Source: an uncultured Gammaproteobacteria bacterium (GTDB lineage Bacteria > Patescibacteriota > Microgenomatia > Levybacterales > GWA1-39-11). From it: a stretch of 64,000 nt of DNA. Below are positions 9,782-18,265 of the stretch, in pieces. Each line of letters starts with the position of its first letter. Position 1 is the stretch's first letter. Location of the stretch: positions 65,189 to 129,188 of the forward strand of contig CAZYWG010000001.1 of NCBI GenBank assembly GCA_964651815.1, in the 5' to 3' direction. The translations under genes and the position numbers were made by a program. The notes beneath the pieces were generated by a model, which saw only the letters and a program-made list of their open reading frames with translations, did not search any database and was not told the origin of the DNA.

Positions 9782-10683
9782 TATGCTAGGATTTTAGTCG
9801 ACTTAATTATTTGCCACATGTCTGGATTACGATTTGTTTTAATTAATACAACTCTTAAATGAATATATTTCATGGTTAAATATGCGATAGGATTTTTTAT
9901 GATTTGAAATAACATTGCCGCAAGTTTTAAGTAAAAAGGTTTAAAATATTCCCTTGCTATAACTTCCTCATCAATCGCTTTTGACAAATTTTCTTTGTCG
10001 CTTTTAAATCTTGACCATTGCATTATTTGTTCTGATAAAGTCTGTGGTGATTTAAACCATACTTTCGCTTGATCTTCGTATAAAAATTTAAAACCGTATT
10101 TAATGCTTTCAAAATATATAAACCTATCATCCGGAACGCCTGTTGGAATGTTAATCTTCTTAGCAAACGCCTGTGACAACGCTAATAAAGGACCACGAAC
10201 GGAAAAAATATTATCTCCATTGTTTATTCTTCCTTTAATGAAGTTGAGTGATTCAATGAAGTTATTTGATGCTGCATCATAAATTGTTTTTGCGGGCAAC
10301 GGCTGAACATTTCCTGCAACAAGCCCTATATTTTTCTTGGTTCTAAATACACCCGTGACCGTGTTTATGACCAAGTTATCATTAAGCTTGATATCCGCAT
10401 CTATTAGTACCAACAAGTCCCCTTTAAAAACTGCACATATTTCGTTTATCCTTTGGTTTTTCCCTTTGCGTGTCTTCCCATCAATTAGAACAATTCTTTT
10501 ATCTTTAAATGATTTGACAATATTGACAGTATTGTCACTACTTCCGTCTGATATAACGATAATTTCAACGAGTCTCTTTCCATCCTTCAAGCGTTGGTTA
10601 AGTAAGTCATTTAAAAGCCAGTAAATGTTTTTCCCTTCGTTGTATGCAGATATTCCGATTGATATTTGTATATTAGATTTCAT
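9781..10683 (-). CDS. GT2 glycosyltransferase (paralog 1 of 5)
   Basis: IGISAYNE, DGSSD, IDAD, PDDR, QWSRF. Confidence 0.88.
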   Translation of the reverse strand: MKSNIQISIGISAYNEGKNIYWLLNDLLNQRLKDGKRLVEIIVISDGSSDNTVNIVKSFKDKRIVLIDGKTRKGKNQRINEICAVFKGDLLVLIDADIKLNDNLVINTVTGVFRTKKNIGLVAGNVQPLPAKTIYDAASNNFIESLNFIKGRINNGDNIFSVRGPLLALSQAFAKKINIPTGVPDDRFIYFESIKYGFKFLYEDQAKVWFKSPQTLSEQIMQWSRFKSDKENLSKAIDEEVIAREYFKPFYLKLAAMLFQIIKNPIAYLTMKYIHLRVVLIKTNRNPDMWQIIKSTKILA

Positions 10684-11482
10684 AATATTTTCCCTTTCTA
10701 TAGCTTTTTATAGATAAACTATTTGAAATTTTTCTTAGCAACTCCGTTGAGTTGGAAAAAACTGCAGGAATTCTTGATATGTTAAATTGTTTTTCCATTA
10801 CGAACCTCGGAATAATGTATCTATCTGTTTTTGAATTTATTACTCCGGGAAACGCGGCGAATGCTCCTTTATAACCCGCTTTTTTGACTGCATTTATTAT
10901 TTTTGAATTGAACTTTCCTTTGGGATATGCAAAATAATTTATTTGGAAGCCGAGTTTTTTTTCCAATGTTTTTTTGGAATTAACAATTTCATTCTCTATC
11001 TCCTCACCGGAAAGTCTATTGAAATTAGAATGCGTTGCACTATGATTACCTATTTTCCAACCGATTGAGTGTAAGTATTTAATGTCACTCAGGCTTAAGA
11101 ATTCGCCCGCATGATTAAGTTCTTTCCTATTTGCTTTTTCGGGCTCAGATAAAACAAACAATGTAACAGGGATGTTATTTTTCTGAGTAAATTCAACCGC
11201 ACTTAATACATCCTTATAACCATCATCAAATGTCAGAGACATAATAGGTGTTATTTTTTTATTAACCGAAAATACTTCATCAAGAAAAACAAACTTGTAG
11301 TACTTTTTAAGTTCCGTGATTTCTTTTTTAAATTGGCCTAAACCAATAGAGTATTTATTTCCATGGTCAGATATACTGTGATAGCAAATTACACTTACGG
11401 TTTTTCTATTTAATCCGAATACATTTGTCACTTTGTAAAACAATTGAATAAAAATGTTTTTTAGTAATGTTATATTTTCCAT
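10673..11482 (-). CDS. Polysaccharide deacetylase (CE4, IcaB/PgaB-like)
   Basis: CYHSI, LTFDDGY, NHSATH, FAYPKG, IPRF. Confidence 0.88.
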   Translation of the reverse strand: MENITLLKNIFIQLFYKVTNVFGLNRKTVSVICYHSISDHGNKYSIGLGQFKKEITELKKYYKFVFLDEVFSVNKKITPIMSLTFDDGYKDVLSAVEFTQKNNIPVTLFVLSEPEKANRKELNHAGEFLSLSDIKYLHSIGWKIGNHSATHSNFNRLSGEEIENEIVNSKKTLEKKLGFQINYFAYPKGKFNSKIINAVKKAGYKGAFAAFPGVINSKTDRYIIPRFVMEKQFNISRIPAVFSNSTELLRKISNSLSIKSYRKGKYYEI

Positions 11483-11485
11483 GGT

Positions 11486-14029
11486 TTAATTTCTGTTAAA
11501 AATTTGGGATGCAAAAGTCGGAAATAAGCGTTTTGACTTTGATTTTTCATTCCCTCTATGAATGAGTTGAGAAAATTTATCTGCACTCTTGTCCCATGAA
11601 AACCCTTTTGCCCAAACAATTGAATCCCGTGACATTTCGTGTCTTAAGTTATCGTTAGTAATTAATTTGGTGATTTTTTCGGCAAAAGCGTCAGCGTCTG
11701 CGTATTTGACCAAGAATCCTGTATGAGGATTTTTAATTGAATCGCGTAAGCCAGGGACATTTGATGCGACTGCCGGTGTTCCACAGGCGGCTGCTTCAAT
11801 TGTAGTAATTCCCCAACCCTCCATAAATGAAGGGTTCACAAAAACCCACGCTTTTTGCAAAAGACCGATCTTTTTTTTATTAGAAACAAAACCCAAAAAA
11901 TTAATCTTGTTTAAAATCCCAAGCCTCTTGGCATATTTCTCAAGTTTTTTTCGTTGCCCACCTTCTCCAGCAATTACAAATTTTGCGTTTGGAACTTTTT
12001 CAAGAACCTTTTTAGCTGCTTTTATAAATACGTTTAAACTCTTGTAATATTGCAATCTTCCTACATAAAGGACGAGAGGATTTGTAGATTTTTTGCCCGC
12101 TTTAAATGTTTTGGAATCTACACCGTTGTATATGATTACAGGCTCAAATTTTGTCAATTTATGCCTCAGTATTTCGTCTCTTGAAGAAGGCGATACGGTT
12201 ATTACTTGAACGTTTCTGTAAACAAAAGGCATGAGTTTTGCCTCAAGAAAAGCAGCGATTGATGACAAAGGCCATTTCAGGGTTTTTCTGAAAACTTCCT
12301 GATGGACGTGGTGTATTAAAAGGAATTTTTTCCTTCCAGTGTACAAAGGCGTAAAGAAAGGAATACCGTTCTCCGAATCTATAATTAGGTCAAATTTTCC
12401 ATGAAAACGTATAACATAGTATAAGAATGCCCATATATAAACAGTGTAAAATCCTCCGCGTCTGTAAATTTGGACTCCGTCAATTGTTTCGTTTTTAGGG
12501 TTTTTAGTGTTATTTCCGGCAAATAAAGTGACAGCGCTACCCTCTTTTACAAGGCGCTTAGCAAGCTCCTGCACGTAGACTTCCGCGCCTCCTGCCCACT
12601 TGTGTTTTGTATCGCGCCAATTGAAAATTAAAATTTTAAACTTATTGTCTTTCTGTGCCGGTTTTGAAATAAGCAGTTCTAAAAAATCGGACACCTTATC
12701 TTCAAATTTTTTGACATAACATATTCCAAAATGGAGCAAAGAAATTAACACCAAATTAGAAAACCAAACAAAAACCATTCCATAAGCAATAGCTTGCAAG
12801 TTTTTATGGAATAAACTAATTGTTGAAATTTGAAGAACTGCCAAGAAAATATTGGCTGCCGTAAATGTATAGCTTCGCTTTACAAGATAATAATTAACAA
12901 AAACTCTTGAGATTGTATAGGCCATCATCCCTAGGGTGAAGAGACTAAGATATGGAACAATTACTAAAGCTTTCTTGCCATAAAGAATAGGAATTGTAAT
13001 AAAACCCATCAAACCAAATCCCAAATATCCAATGAGCGAAAGGATAATGGTACAAAATAGAATTAAATACAAAACTTGAGAAGAATTCTTTTTTGCACCT
13101 TCGCTTCTACTTATGAGAGGGACCAAGAAAGGAGAAATTAGTCCACCTAAAAAATACACCATTTTCCCGACTAAAGACAAAAGTGCGTATTTTCCGGCAT
13201 CTGATGAAGTTAGATAATGTTTTGCCAAAAGAACATCTAAAGTTAGAAATCCTACTGACGAAGCTCCAGTTAAAATCGACGCGAGGAAGAATTTTTTTGA
13301 GAACTTTTTTACCTCGTGCTCAGGAGCATCATGTTCTCCTGATTGAATCTGTTTTATTATTAATATCCAGCCGAGAAAAAAAGTACAGATAGTTCCAATG
13401 GGAATCGCAGAAAATGCCCACAATTTAAAACCTAAGTAAACAAGACCAATTGCCATAGACATTCTAATAATTGGTTCAAACAAATTAATTACTGCAAGTG
13501 ACCCAAACATTAATCTTGAAGAGAGGAAACCCCGATCTACTCCGTTTGCAAGACCAACTAAAAGTATGAGTCCGAATAAGATAAATAGGAGTGGATTATT
13601 TGTATGAAAGTATCCCATCAAAAATGGGGTCAATAAAATCCAAATAGCGCTTATTAAAAACGAAGCTAAGAATGCTTTACTTCTAATATATTTCCAAAAG
13701 CCATATCCGGCATTATTTCCATACTTTCCAATTAAAAATCCTGTCTTGAAGTTTGAAGTAGTGCTGAAAGCACCGAATAATACCGAGGCAAAAGACAAAA
13801 ATCCTCCAAAAATACCTATCAAAGCAAAATCTTCAAAATTTAGGACTCTCCCCAAATATGCGTTGTAAAGAAAATTCAAAAAATTGGCGATAATTGAGGC
13901 TGACACCAAAGCAACTCCTCCAATGAATGTTTTTTTACTAGCCTTAACAGATTCCCATTTTACACTCAAATTAAAGTTATCAAGAGTATTAACTGGTTTT
14001 TTTATAAAGAATTTTTTAAATCTTTTCAT
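11486..14029 (-). CDS. Fusion: Wzx-like polysaccharide flippase + GT4 glycosyltransferase
   Basis: First ~440 aa form ~12 TM MOP/Wzx-like helices. C-terminal GT4 has NWRD..H..AGGAE, YVGRL..YK and PSFMEGWGITTIEA. Confidence 0.85.
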   Translation of the reverse strand: MKRFKKFFIKKPVNTLDNFNLSVKWESVKASKKTFIGGVALVSASIIANFLNFLYNAYLGRVLNFEDFALIGIFGGFLSFASVLFGAFSTTSNFKTGFLIGKYGNNAGYGFWKYIRSKAFLASFLISAIWILLTPFLMGYFHTNNPLLFILFGLILLVGLANGVDRGFLSSRLMFGSLAVINLFEPIIRMSMAIGLVYLGFKLWAFSAIPIGTICTFFLGWILIIKQIQSGEHDAPEHEVKKFSKKFFLASILTGASSVGFLTLDVLLAKHYLTSSDAGKYALLSLVGKMVYFLGGLISPFLVPLISRSEGAKKNSSQVLYLILFCTIILSLIGYLGFGLMGFITIPILYGKKALVIVPYLSLFTLGMMAYTISRVFVNYYLVKRSYTFTAANIFLAVLQISTISLFHKNLQAIAYGMVFVWFSNLVLISLLHFGICYVKKFEDKVSDFLELLISKPAQKDNKFKILIFNWRDTKHKWAGGAEVYVQELAKRLVKEGSAVTLFAGNNTKNPKNETIDGVQIYRRGGFYTVYIWAFLYYVIRFHGKFDLIIDSENGIPFFTPLYTGRKKFLLIHHVHQEVFRKTLKWPLSSIAAFLEAKLMPFVYRNVQVITVSPSSRDEILRHKLTKFEPVIIYNGVDSKTFKAGKKSTNPLVLYVGRLQYYKSLNVFIKAAKKVLEKVPNAKFVIAGEGGQRKKLEKYAKRLGILNKINFLGFVSNKKKIGLLQKAWVFVNPSFMEGWGITTIEAAACGTPAVASNVPGLRDSIKNPHTGFLVKYADADAFAEKITKLITNDNLRHEMSRDSIVWAKGFSWDKSADKFSQLIHRGNEKSKSKRLFPTFASQIFNRN

Positions 14030-14030
14030 A

Positions 14031-16271
14031 TTAGAAAATAAGTGATAATGCGTATCGAACCGGTTTTAAAATCAACCCTGGGAATTCAATCGATCTCTTT
14101 TCTGCTTTCTTTGCGGGAGCAAAGTGCAAACCGTGAAGCGTTTTTTCCCAATAGTGTGGCTTGAATATCAACTGGTAAAGTGCCATAAACGCAGCGGCTG
14201 AGATCATCAACCAATAAATAGGAATTAAAAAAATAAACTTCATAAGATTCCACTGCTCTTTTTTAGCAACACCAATCATGTAGTAATAAAGGAAAAGGAA
14301 GTTCCCAAAAACAAGGGAAAAGACCGCCATGTAAAAAACAGTGCTGGGGTACAATGCTTCAATTTGTGGACCTACATATGCGTAGATCGCAAAATAGGCA
14401 ATTGTTGCAACCCAAAGTATTGGATTAATTAAAACGAAAGCAATTTTACCGCCTATGATAAGTTGAAAAATAAGGCTATGGATTCCTTTTTTCTTAGGAA
14501 AAGACGTTGAATTACGAATATGGACAAGGTAGGTTTGCATGTACCCTTTAATCCAACGGCTACGCTGGCGGAACCAATTCCCTACACGGCTGTTTGCCTC
14601 TTCAAGAGTTACGGAATCGATAATTGCGGTTTTGAAACCTTTTTTGAAAAGGCGCACTCCAAGATCCGCATCCTCCGTCACATTAAACGGATCCCAACCC
14701 TCAACTTCACGGAGCGAAGCAGTCCTGAAATGGTTGCTAGTCCCACCAAGTGGAATTGTTGTATCAATAGATTGAAGTCCCGTAAGTGTCACATCAAACC
14801 ATAATGAGTATTCTGCTGTAAAGAATCGGGTCAAAAGATTTTGGTTAGGATTGTAATAATTTAACTTTGCCTGAAGACAAATAACATCATTATTTACTTT
14901 TCCAAAGGCAAGATATGCTTTTTTAAGCTGCAACGGATCCGGGATATCTTCCGCATCATAAACAACTAAATATTCTCCTTTTGCAAATCCAAGCCCGTAA
15001 TTACATGCTTTAGGTTTTGTCTTAGGGAGAGAATGCGGAACAACTATACTTCTGACATAAGACGGAAGATTCATCTTAGCTACTTCCTCGACACTCTGGC
15101 GGTCATCCTCTTCTAAAAGAAGTATCACGTCTAGCCTGTATTTTGGCCATTCGATTTTGGATATGGCGTCCAGAAAATTAGGAATAATATGTGCCTCGCG
15201 GTAAAGTGGACAAAGGATTGTATACATAGGAAGATCTGGATTTTTTAATTCACCTATTTCTTCTTCTGAGGATACAATTTCCTGCGGAAAATTAAGGCTC
15301 TTCAAAATAAGATACAGATTGAAGATCACATCAATAAAGTAAATTGAGCTTAAGACGGCTACAATTACCTGCAAAGTGAAAAGCGGGCGTAGATATATTC
15401 CAAGTACTATGTCAAAAACAACAAGAAAAATAAAAAGCTTTTGTGCGGGCGTGAAAGTTTTTAGTGCCGACGCGTTGTGTGGAATAGTTGTGTGGGTTAT
15501 ATATTTTTTTCTTTTAAACCCTATCCCTGCTCCTATCATTCCTTCTGCTTTATCTGGCTTTATGTGAAGCGGACCCGGTTTTTTGACAGCAAGAGATATA
15601 GCACTTAACGCAACCGGCACACTACTTTTTATAAAATGTATACTGGAAGCTCCTTTTTTCCTTTCCGCAAAGTCTATGTCAAGATCAGAAATTATGTGTC
15701 CTGATTCACGAGCCCTTTGTAGAAATTCCAGGTCAAATGCCCAAGAAGAGGAAGGAGTAAATGAAACTGTTTCCCAAACTTTTTTCTTAAACACTTTTAA
15801 TCCGGACTGAATGTCGTGTTTAAAACCGAACATACCTTTTCCAACCACGTGCCTAAAGGACCTACTCATAACACGTCTTAAAAAAGAAGCTTTGTATTTT
15901 TTCCTATTTGCCACAATCACGTCTGAATCCGAGAGCATTCCAAGCATTTCAGGAATCGCCTCAGGTGGATACTGCAAATCCGCATCAATCATGGCAATAT
16001 TTTCAAATTGTGCATAAGCAATACCCTCTAAAATGGAGTATGCCTTTCCCTTTTTACCTTGTTTAATATGTAAAATTACAGGATATAGAAGAGCAATGTT
16101 TTTTATAAGATTTTGAGAACCATCCGTTGAATTATCATCAACAAAAATTAATTCGTAGGTAATTTTTTCTTTTGAAAGTGAGTCATGAACTCTCTTTACC
16201 AGAACTTCAATATTTGCCTCTTCATTAAAAGTTGGAATTATAATTGATACTGGATTTATACTTTTTTTCAT
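14031..16271 (-). CDS. Fusion: polyprenol-phosphate-sugar synthase-like (DPM1/GtrB) GT2 + processive NfrB/XagB-like GT2
   Basis: N-domain IPTFNEE, DDNSTDG, IDADLQYPP. C-domain TKPKACNYG, YDAED, GGTSNHF, VTEDADLG, RQRSRW and HYWEKT, with TM helices. Confidence 0.85.
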   Translation of the reverse strand: MKKSINPVSIIIPTFNEEANIEVLVKRVHDSLSKEKITYELIFVDDNSTDGSQNLIKNIALLYPVILHIKQGKKGKAYSILEGIAYAQFENIAMIDADLQYPPEAIPEMLGMLSDSDVIVANRKKYKASFLRRVMSRSFRHVVGKGMFGFKHDIQSGLKVFKKKVWETVSFTPSSSWAFDLEFLQRARESGHIISDLDIDFAERKKGASSIHFIKSSVPVALSAISLAVKKPGPLHIKPDKAEGMIGAGIGFKRKKYITHTTIPHNASALKTFTPAQKLFIFLVVFDIVLGIYLRPLFTLQVIVAVLSSIYFIDVIFNLYLILKSLNFPQEIVSSEEEIGELKNPDLPMYTILCPLYREAHIIPNFLDAISKIEWPKYRLDVILLLEEDDRQSVEEVAKMNLPSYVRSIVVPHSLPKTKPKACNYGLGFAKGEYLVVYDAEDIPDPLQLKKAYLAFGKVNNDVICLQAKLNYYNPNQNLLTRFFTAEYSLWFDVTLTGLQSIDTTIPLGGTSNHFRTASLREVEGWDPFNVTEDADLGVRLFKKGFKTAIIDSVTLEEANSRVGNWFRQRSRWIKGYMQTYLVHIRNSTSFPKKKGIHSLIFQLIIGGKIAFVLINPILWVATIAYFAIYAYVGPQIEALYPSTVFYMAVFSLVFGNFLFLYYYMIGVAKKEQWNLMKFIFLIPIYWLMISAAAFMALYQLIFKPHYWEKTLHGLHFAPAKKAEKRSIEFPGLILKPVRYALSLIF

Positions 16272-16277
16272 ATGGGT

Positions 16278-16475
16278 TTATGGTTTTCTCTTTCTTACGA
16301 TGTGGTCTTCTATGAATTTTGATAACGAGGATTTTCCTATGCGGTAATGGCCACCAAATTCAATGGCTTCAAGCTTCTCAAGCCTAATATACTTATATAT
16401 AGTAAGCTCTGATAGTCGTAATAGATGCGAGACATCCTTAACAGTAAGGAAGTCATTTTCTGAATAATATCTCAT
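16278..16475 (-). CDS. Excisionase-like HTH_17 DNA-binding protein heading the glycan operon
   Basis: FLTVKDVSHLLRLSELTIYKYIR..KLEAIEFGGHYRI. Start placed at MRYYS (16475). Confidence 0.8.
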   Translation of the reverse strand: MRYYSENDFLTVKDVSHLLRLSELTIYKYIRLEKLEAIEFGGHYRIGKSSLSKFIEDHIVRKRKP

Positions 16476-16495
16476 AGTCCGGGCAAGAATTGTTA

Positions 16496-16524
16496 TATAT
16501 ATCACAAGCTATTAGCTTTGTCAA
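16496..16524 (-). promoter_or_regulatory. Sigma70 promoter of the glycan operon, with palindromic operator candidate
   Basis: Minus strand TTGACA-N17-TATATA. The spacer holds a perfect inverted repeat AAGCTA-N-TAGCTT (16506-16518). Confidence 0.65.
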
Positions 16525-16542
16525 CACAGAATAGATTATAGG

Positions 16543-16609
16543 TATAGTCTAATTTGTTTAAGTATGTTTTAGTTATATAGTCTAAATTGTACAAATATTT
16601 CCAGACTAT
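16543..16609. repeat. TATAGTCTAA(T/A)TTGT direct repeats plus inverted half-site
   Basis: Copies at 16543-16557 and 16576-16590 (33 bp period); inverted AGACTAT at 16603-16609. Confidence 0.6.
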
Positions 16610-16749
16610 CTATCCTATATATAGTTCACCTGGTACGATTGTTTAAAATATGCCGATAAGCTTTTTTTGACCAAATTTGAACCCAATCTCAACCTGGAGT
16701 TAAAATAAAAACAGGCACAAAGTACTACTATTACTTCCTAAATGAGTAC

Positions 16750-16778
16750 TTGACATTTAGTCTTATAGTTGTTATAAT
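16750..16778 (+). promoter_or_regulatory. Consensus sigma70 promoter of the sortase-substrate/sortase pair
   Basis: TTGACA-N17-TATAAT with extended TG. Confidence 0.8.
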
Positions 16779-16811
16779 CCCAAAACGTTCTAAATTATAG
16801 GACGTTTTTTA

Positions 16812-17660
16812 ATGAAGAAATTATTCCTTTTATTGTCTGTTTTAATTACCCTAGTTTTGGGACTTGGATTTGGTGCCAAGGAGTCATACGGAACAAAACC
16901 CAATGCTGATGACGAACACAAAGTAACAATCTGCCACAGAACAAATTCCATAACCAACCCTTATGTAAAAGAGACAGTTGATGCTGCTTCTGTTGATGGA
17001 GATTCTTCAAATGACAACGGCCAAGGAGATCATTTATTAGAACATACCGGACCTGTTTTTGACGTAAATAATCCTCCTCCTGCTCCACACAATGGTGACC
17101 AATGGGGAGATATAATTCCACCTTTTTATGATGACGGCACGCCTGACGGTCTTCCATCTCTAAATTGGCCTTCTGGTCAAGCATTTTTTAATAACAACTG
17201 TAACATTCCTACAGCTACACCTACTCCTACAGCTAGCCCTACAGCTACACCTACGCCAACTGGCAGACCTACTCCAACTCCAACTGTGACCCCTACTGGC
17301 ACACCAACACCAACTCCAACACAAGACCCGGGCACAACACCAACTCCAACAGCAACGCCTACACCTACTGGTACATCTAATAATGGTGGAGGAAATCTTG
17401 GAGGACCTGGAGACGGATTATCTGATGGGAGATCTGACGGTAGATCAAGTGGAGGCACAAGCAATGGAGCAGTCTTAGGCATATCAACTTCACAAAAACA
17501 AGGAGAAGTACTTGGAGCGTCCACTATGGCCGGAACAGGAACTTTTGACTCATTAGTTGCTACAATAGAGGAAGTGGCCGGAATTCTCTTAACAACAGGC
17601 GGAACAATTCTCTATGGCAAGAAAAAAACAAAAAAAGCAGCAAAGCCAGCAAAAAAATAA
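16812..17660 (+). CDS. Secreted Pro/Thr-rich surface protein, probable sortase substrate
   Basis: Signal peptide, KVTICHRTNS..NPY domain, long (PT)n linker and DGxS repeats. C-terminal VLGASTMAGTG + hydrophobic stretch + KKKTKK tail. Confidence 0.75.
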   Translation: MKKLFLLLSVLITLVLGLGFGAKESYGTKPNADDEHKVTICHRTNSITNPYVKETVDAASVDGDSSNDNGQGDHLLEHTGPVFDVNNPPPAPHNGDQWGDIIPPFYDDGTPDGLPSLNWPSGQAFFNNNCNIPTATPTPTASPTATPTPTGRPTPTPTVTPTGTPTPTPTQDPGTTPTPTATPTPTGTSNNGGGNLGGPGDGLSDGRSDGRSSGGTSNGAVLGISTSQKQGEVLGASTMAGTGTFDSLVATIEEVAGILLTTGGTILYGKKKTKKAAKPAKK

Positions 17661-18183
17661 TACCATAGCAAAAGCGCTCATAGCGCTTGGTATTCTTCTA
17701 ATTCTCCTCGGAGCCGCAACCCACACAGAAATCTATTACAGGTATCAAATTACACAAAAAGAGAGGCCAATTGTACATATATCTGGTAACATTCCCCACG
17801 AAATCATAATTCCCACGGCTAAAATTGACATTAATGTGGACCAAGGCGGAATTGTAAATGGTGAATGGGTACTCTCAAACACAGTCGCTTTATATCTACC
17901 TACTAGTGGGTTTTTGGGCGAAGGCTATAATACTATTATATATGCTCACAATACAACAAAGCTATTTGGCAAGCTCCGGCAGGCCAAGGTTGGAGATTTA
18001 ATAAACATGAAAGACCAGCATGGAACGGTTTATGATTACCAAATAATCTCGAAAGAAGATGTTGACCCGGGCGACTTAAAAAAACTGTATTCGCAAGATA
18101 AAAACATTGTAACTCTTTTTACATGTGATGGCTGGGCCGATAAATCACGTCTCCTCATAAAAGCAAGGCTAATTAAGCATTAA
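17614..18183 (+). CDS. Sortase
   Basis: N-terminal TM anchor, catalytic His (IYAHN), TLFTC and downstream Arg (KSRLLI). Confidence 0.88.
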   Translation: MARKKQKKQQSQQKNNTIAKALIALGILLILLGAATHTEIYYRYQITQKERPIVHISGNIPHEIIIPTAKIDINVDQGGIVNGEWVLSNTVALYLPTSGFLGEGYNTIIYAHNTTKLFGKLRQAKVGDLINMKDQHGTVYDYQIISKEDVDPGDLKKLYSQDKNIVTLFTCDGWADKSRLLIKARLIKH

Positions 18184-18221
18184 TATTACCAAATCGGAAT
18201 TTAAATACTATCCTGTAATAT

Positions 18222-18250
18222 TTGACATTCAGCTCATAATATGCTAATAT
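18222..18250 (+). promoter_or_regulatory. Sigma70 promoter of NdvB-like GT2
   Basis: TTGACA-N17-TAATAT with TG extension. Confidence 0.55.
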
Positions 18251-18265
18251 ATTAGACTTATATTA

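Noticed and set aside
16278-16475. Excisionase suggesting a prophage or ICE
   Set aside because: No integrase, att site, tRNA or phage genes nearby; it is the first gene of a glycan operon.
17205-17375. Repetitive DNA resembling a CRISPR or tandem array
   Set aside because: Degenerate codon repeats for Pro-Thr within a CDS; no constant repeat with unique spacers.
17177-17524. Minus-strand ORF rich in VGVG repeats
   Set aside because: Antisense shadow of the (PT)n linker of the sortase substrate.
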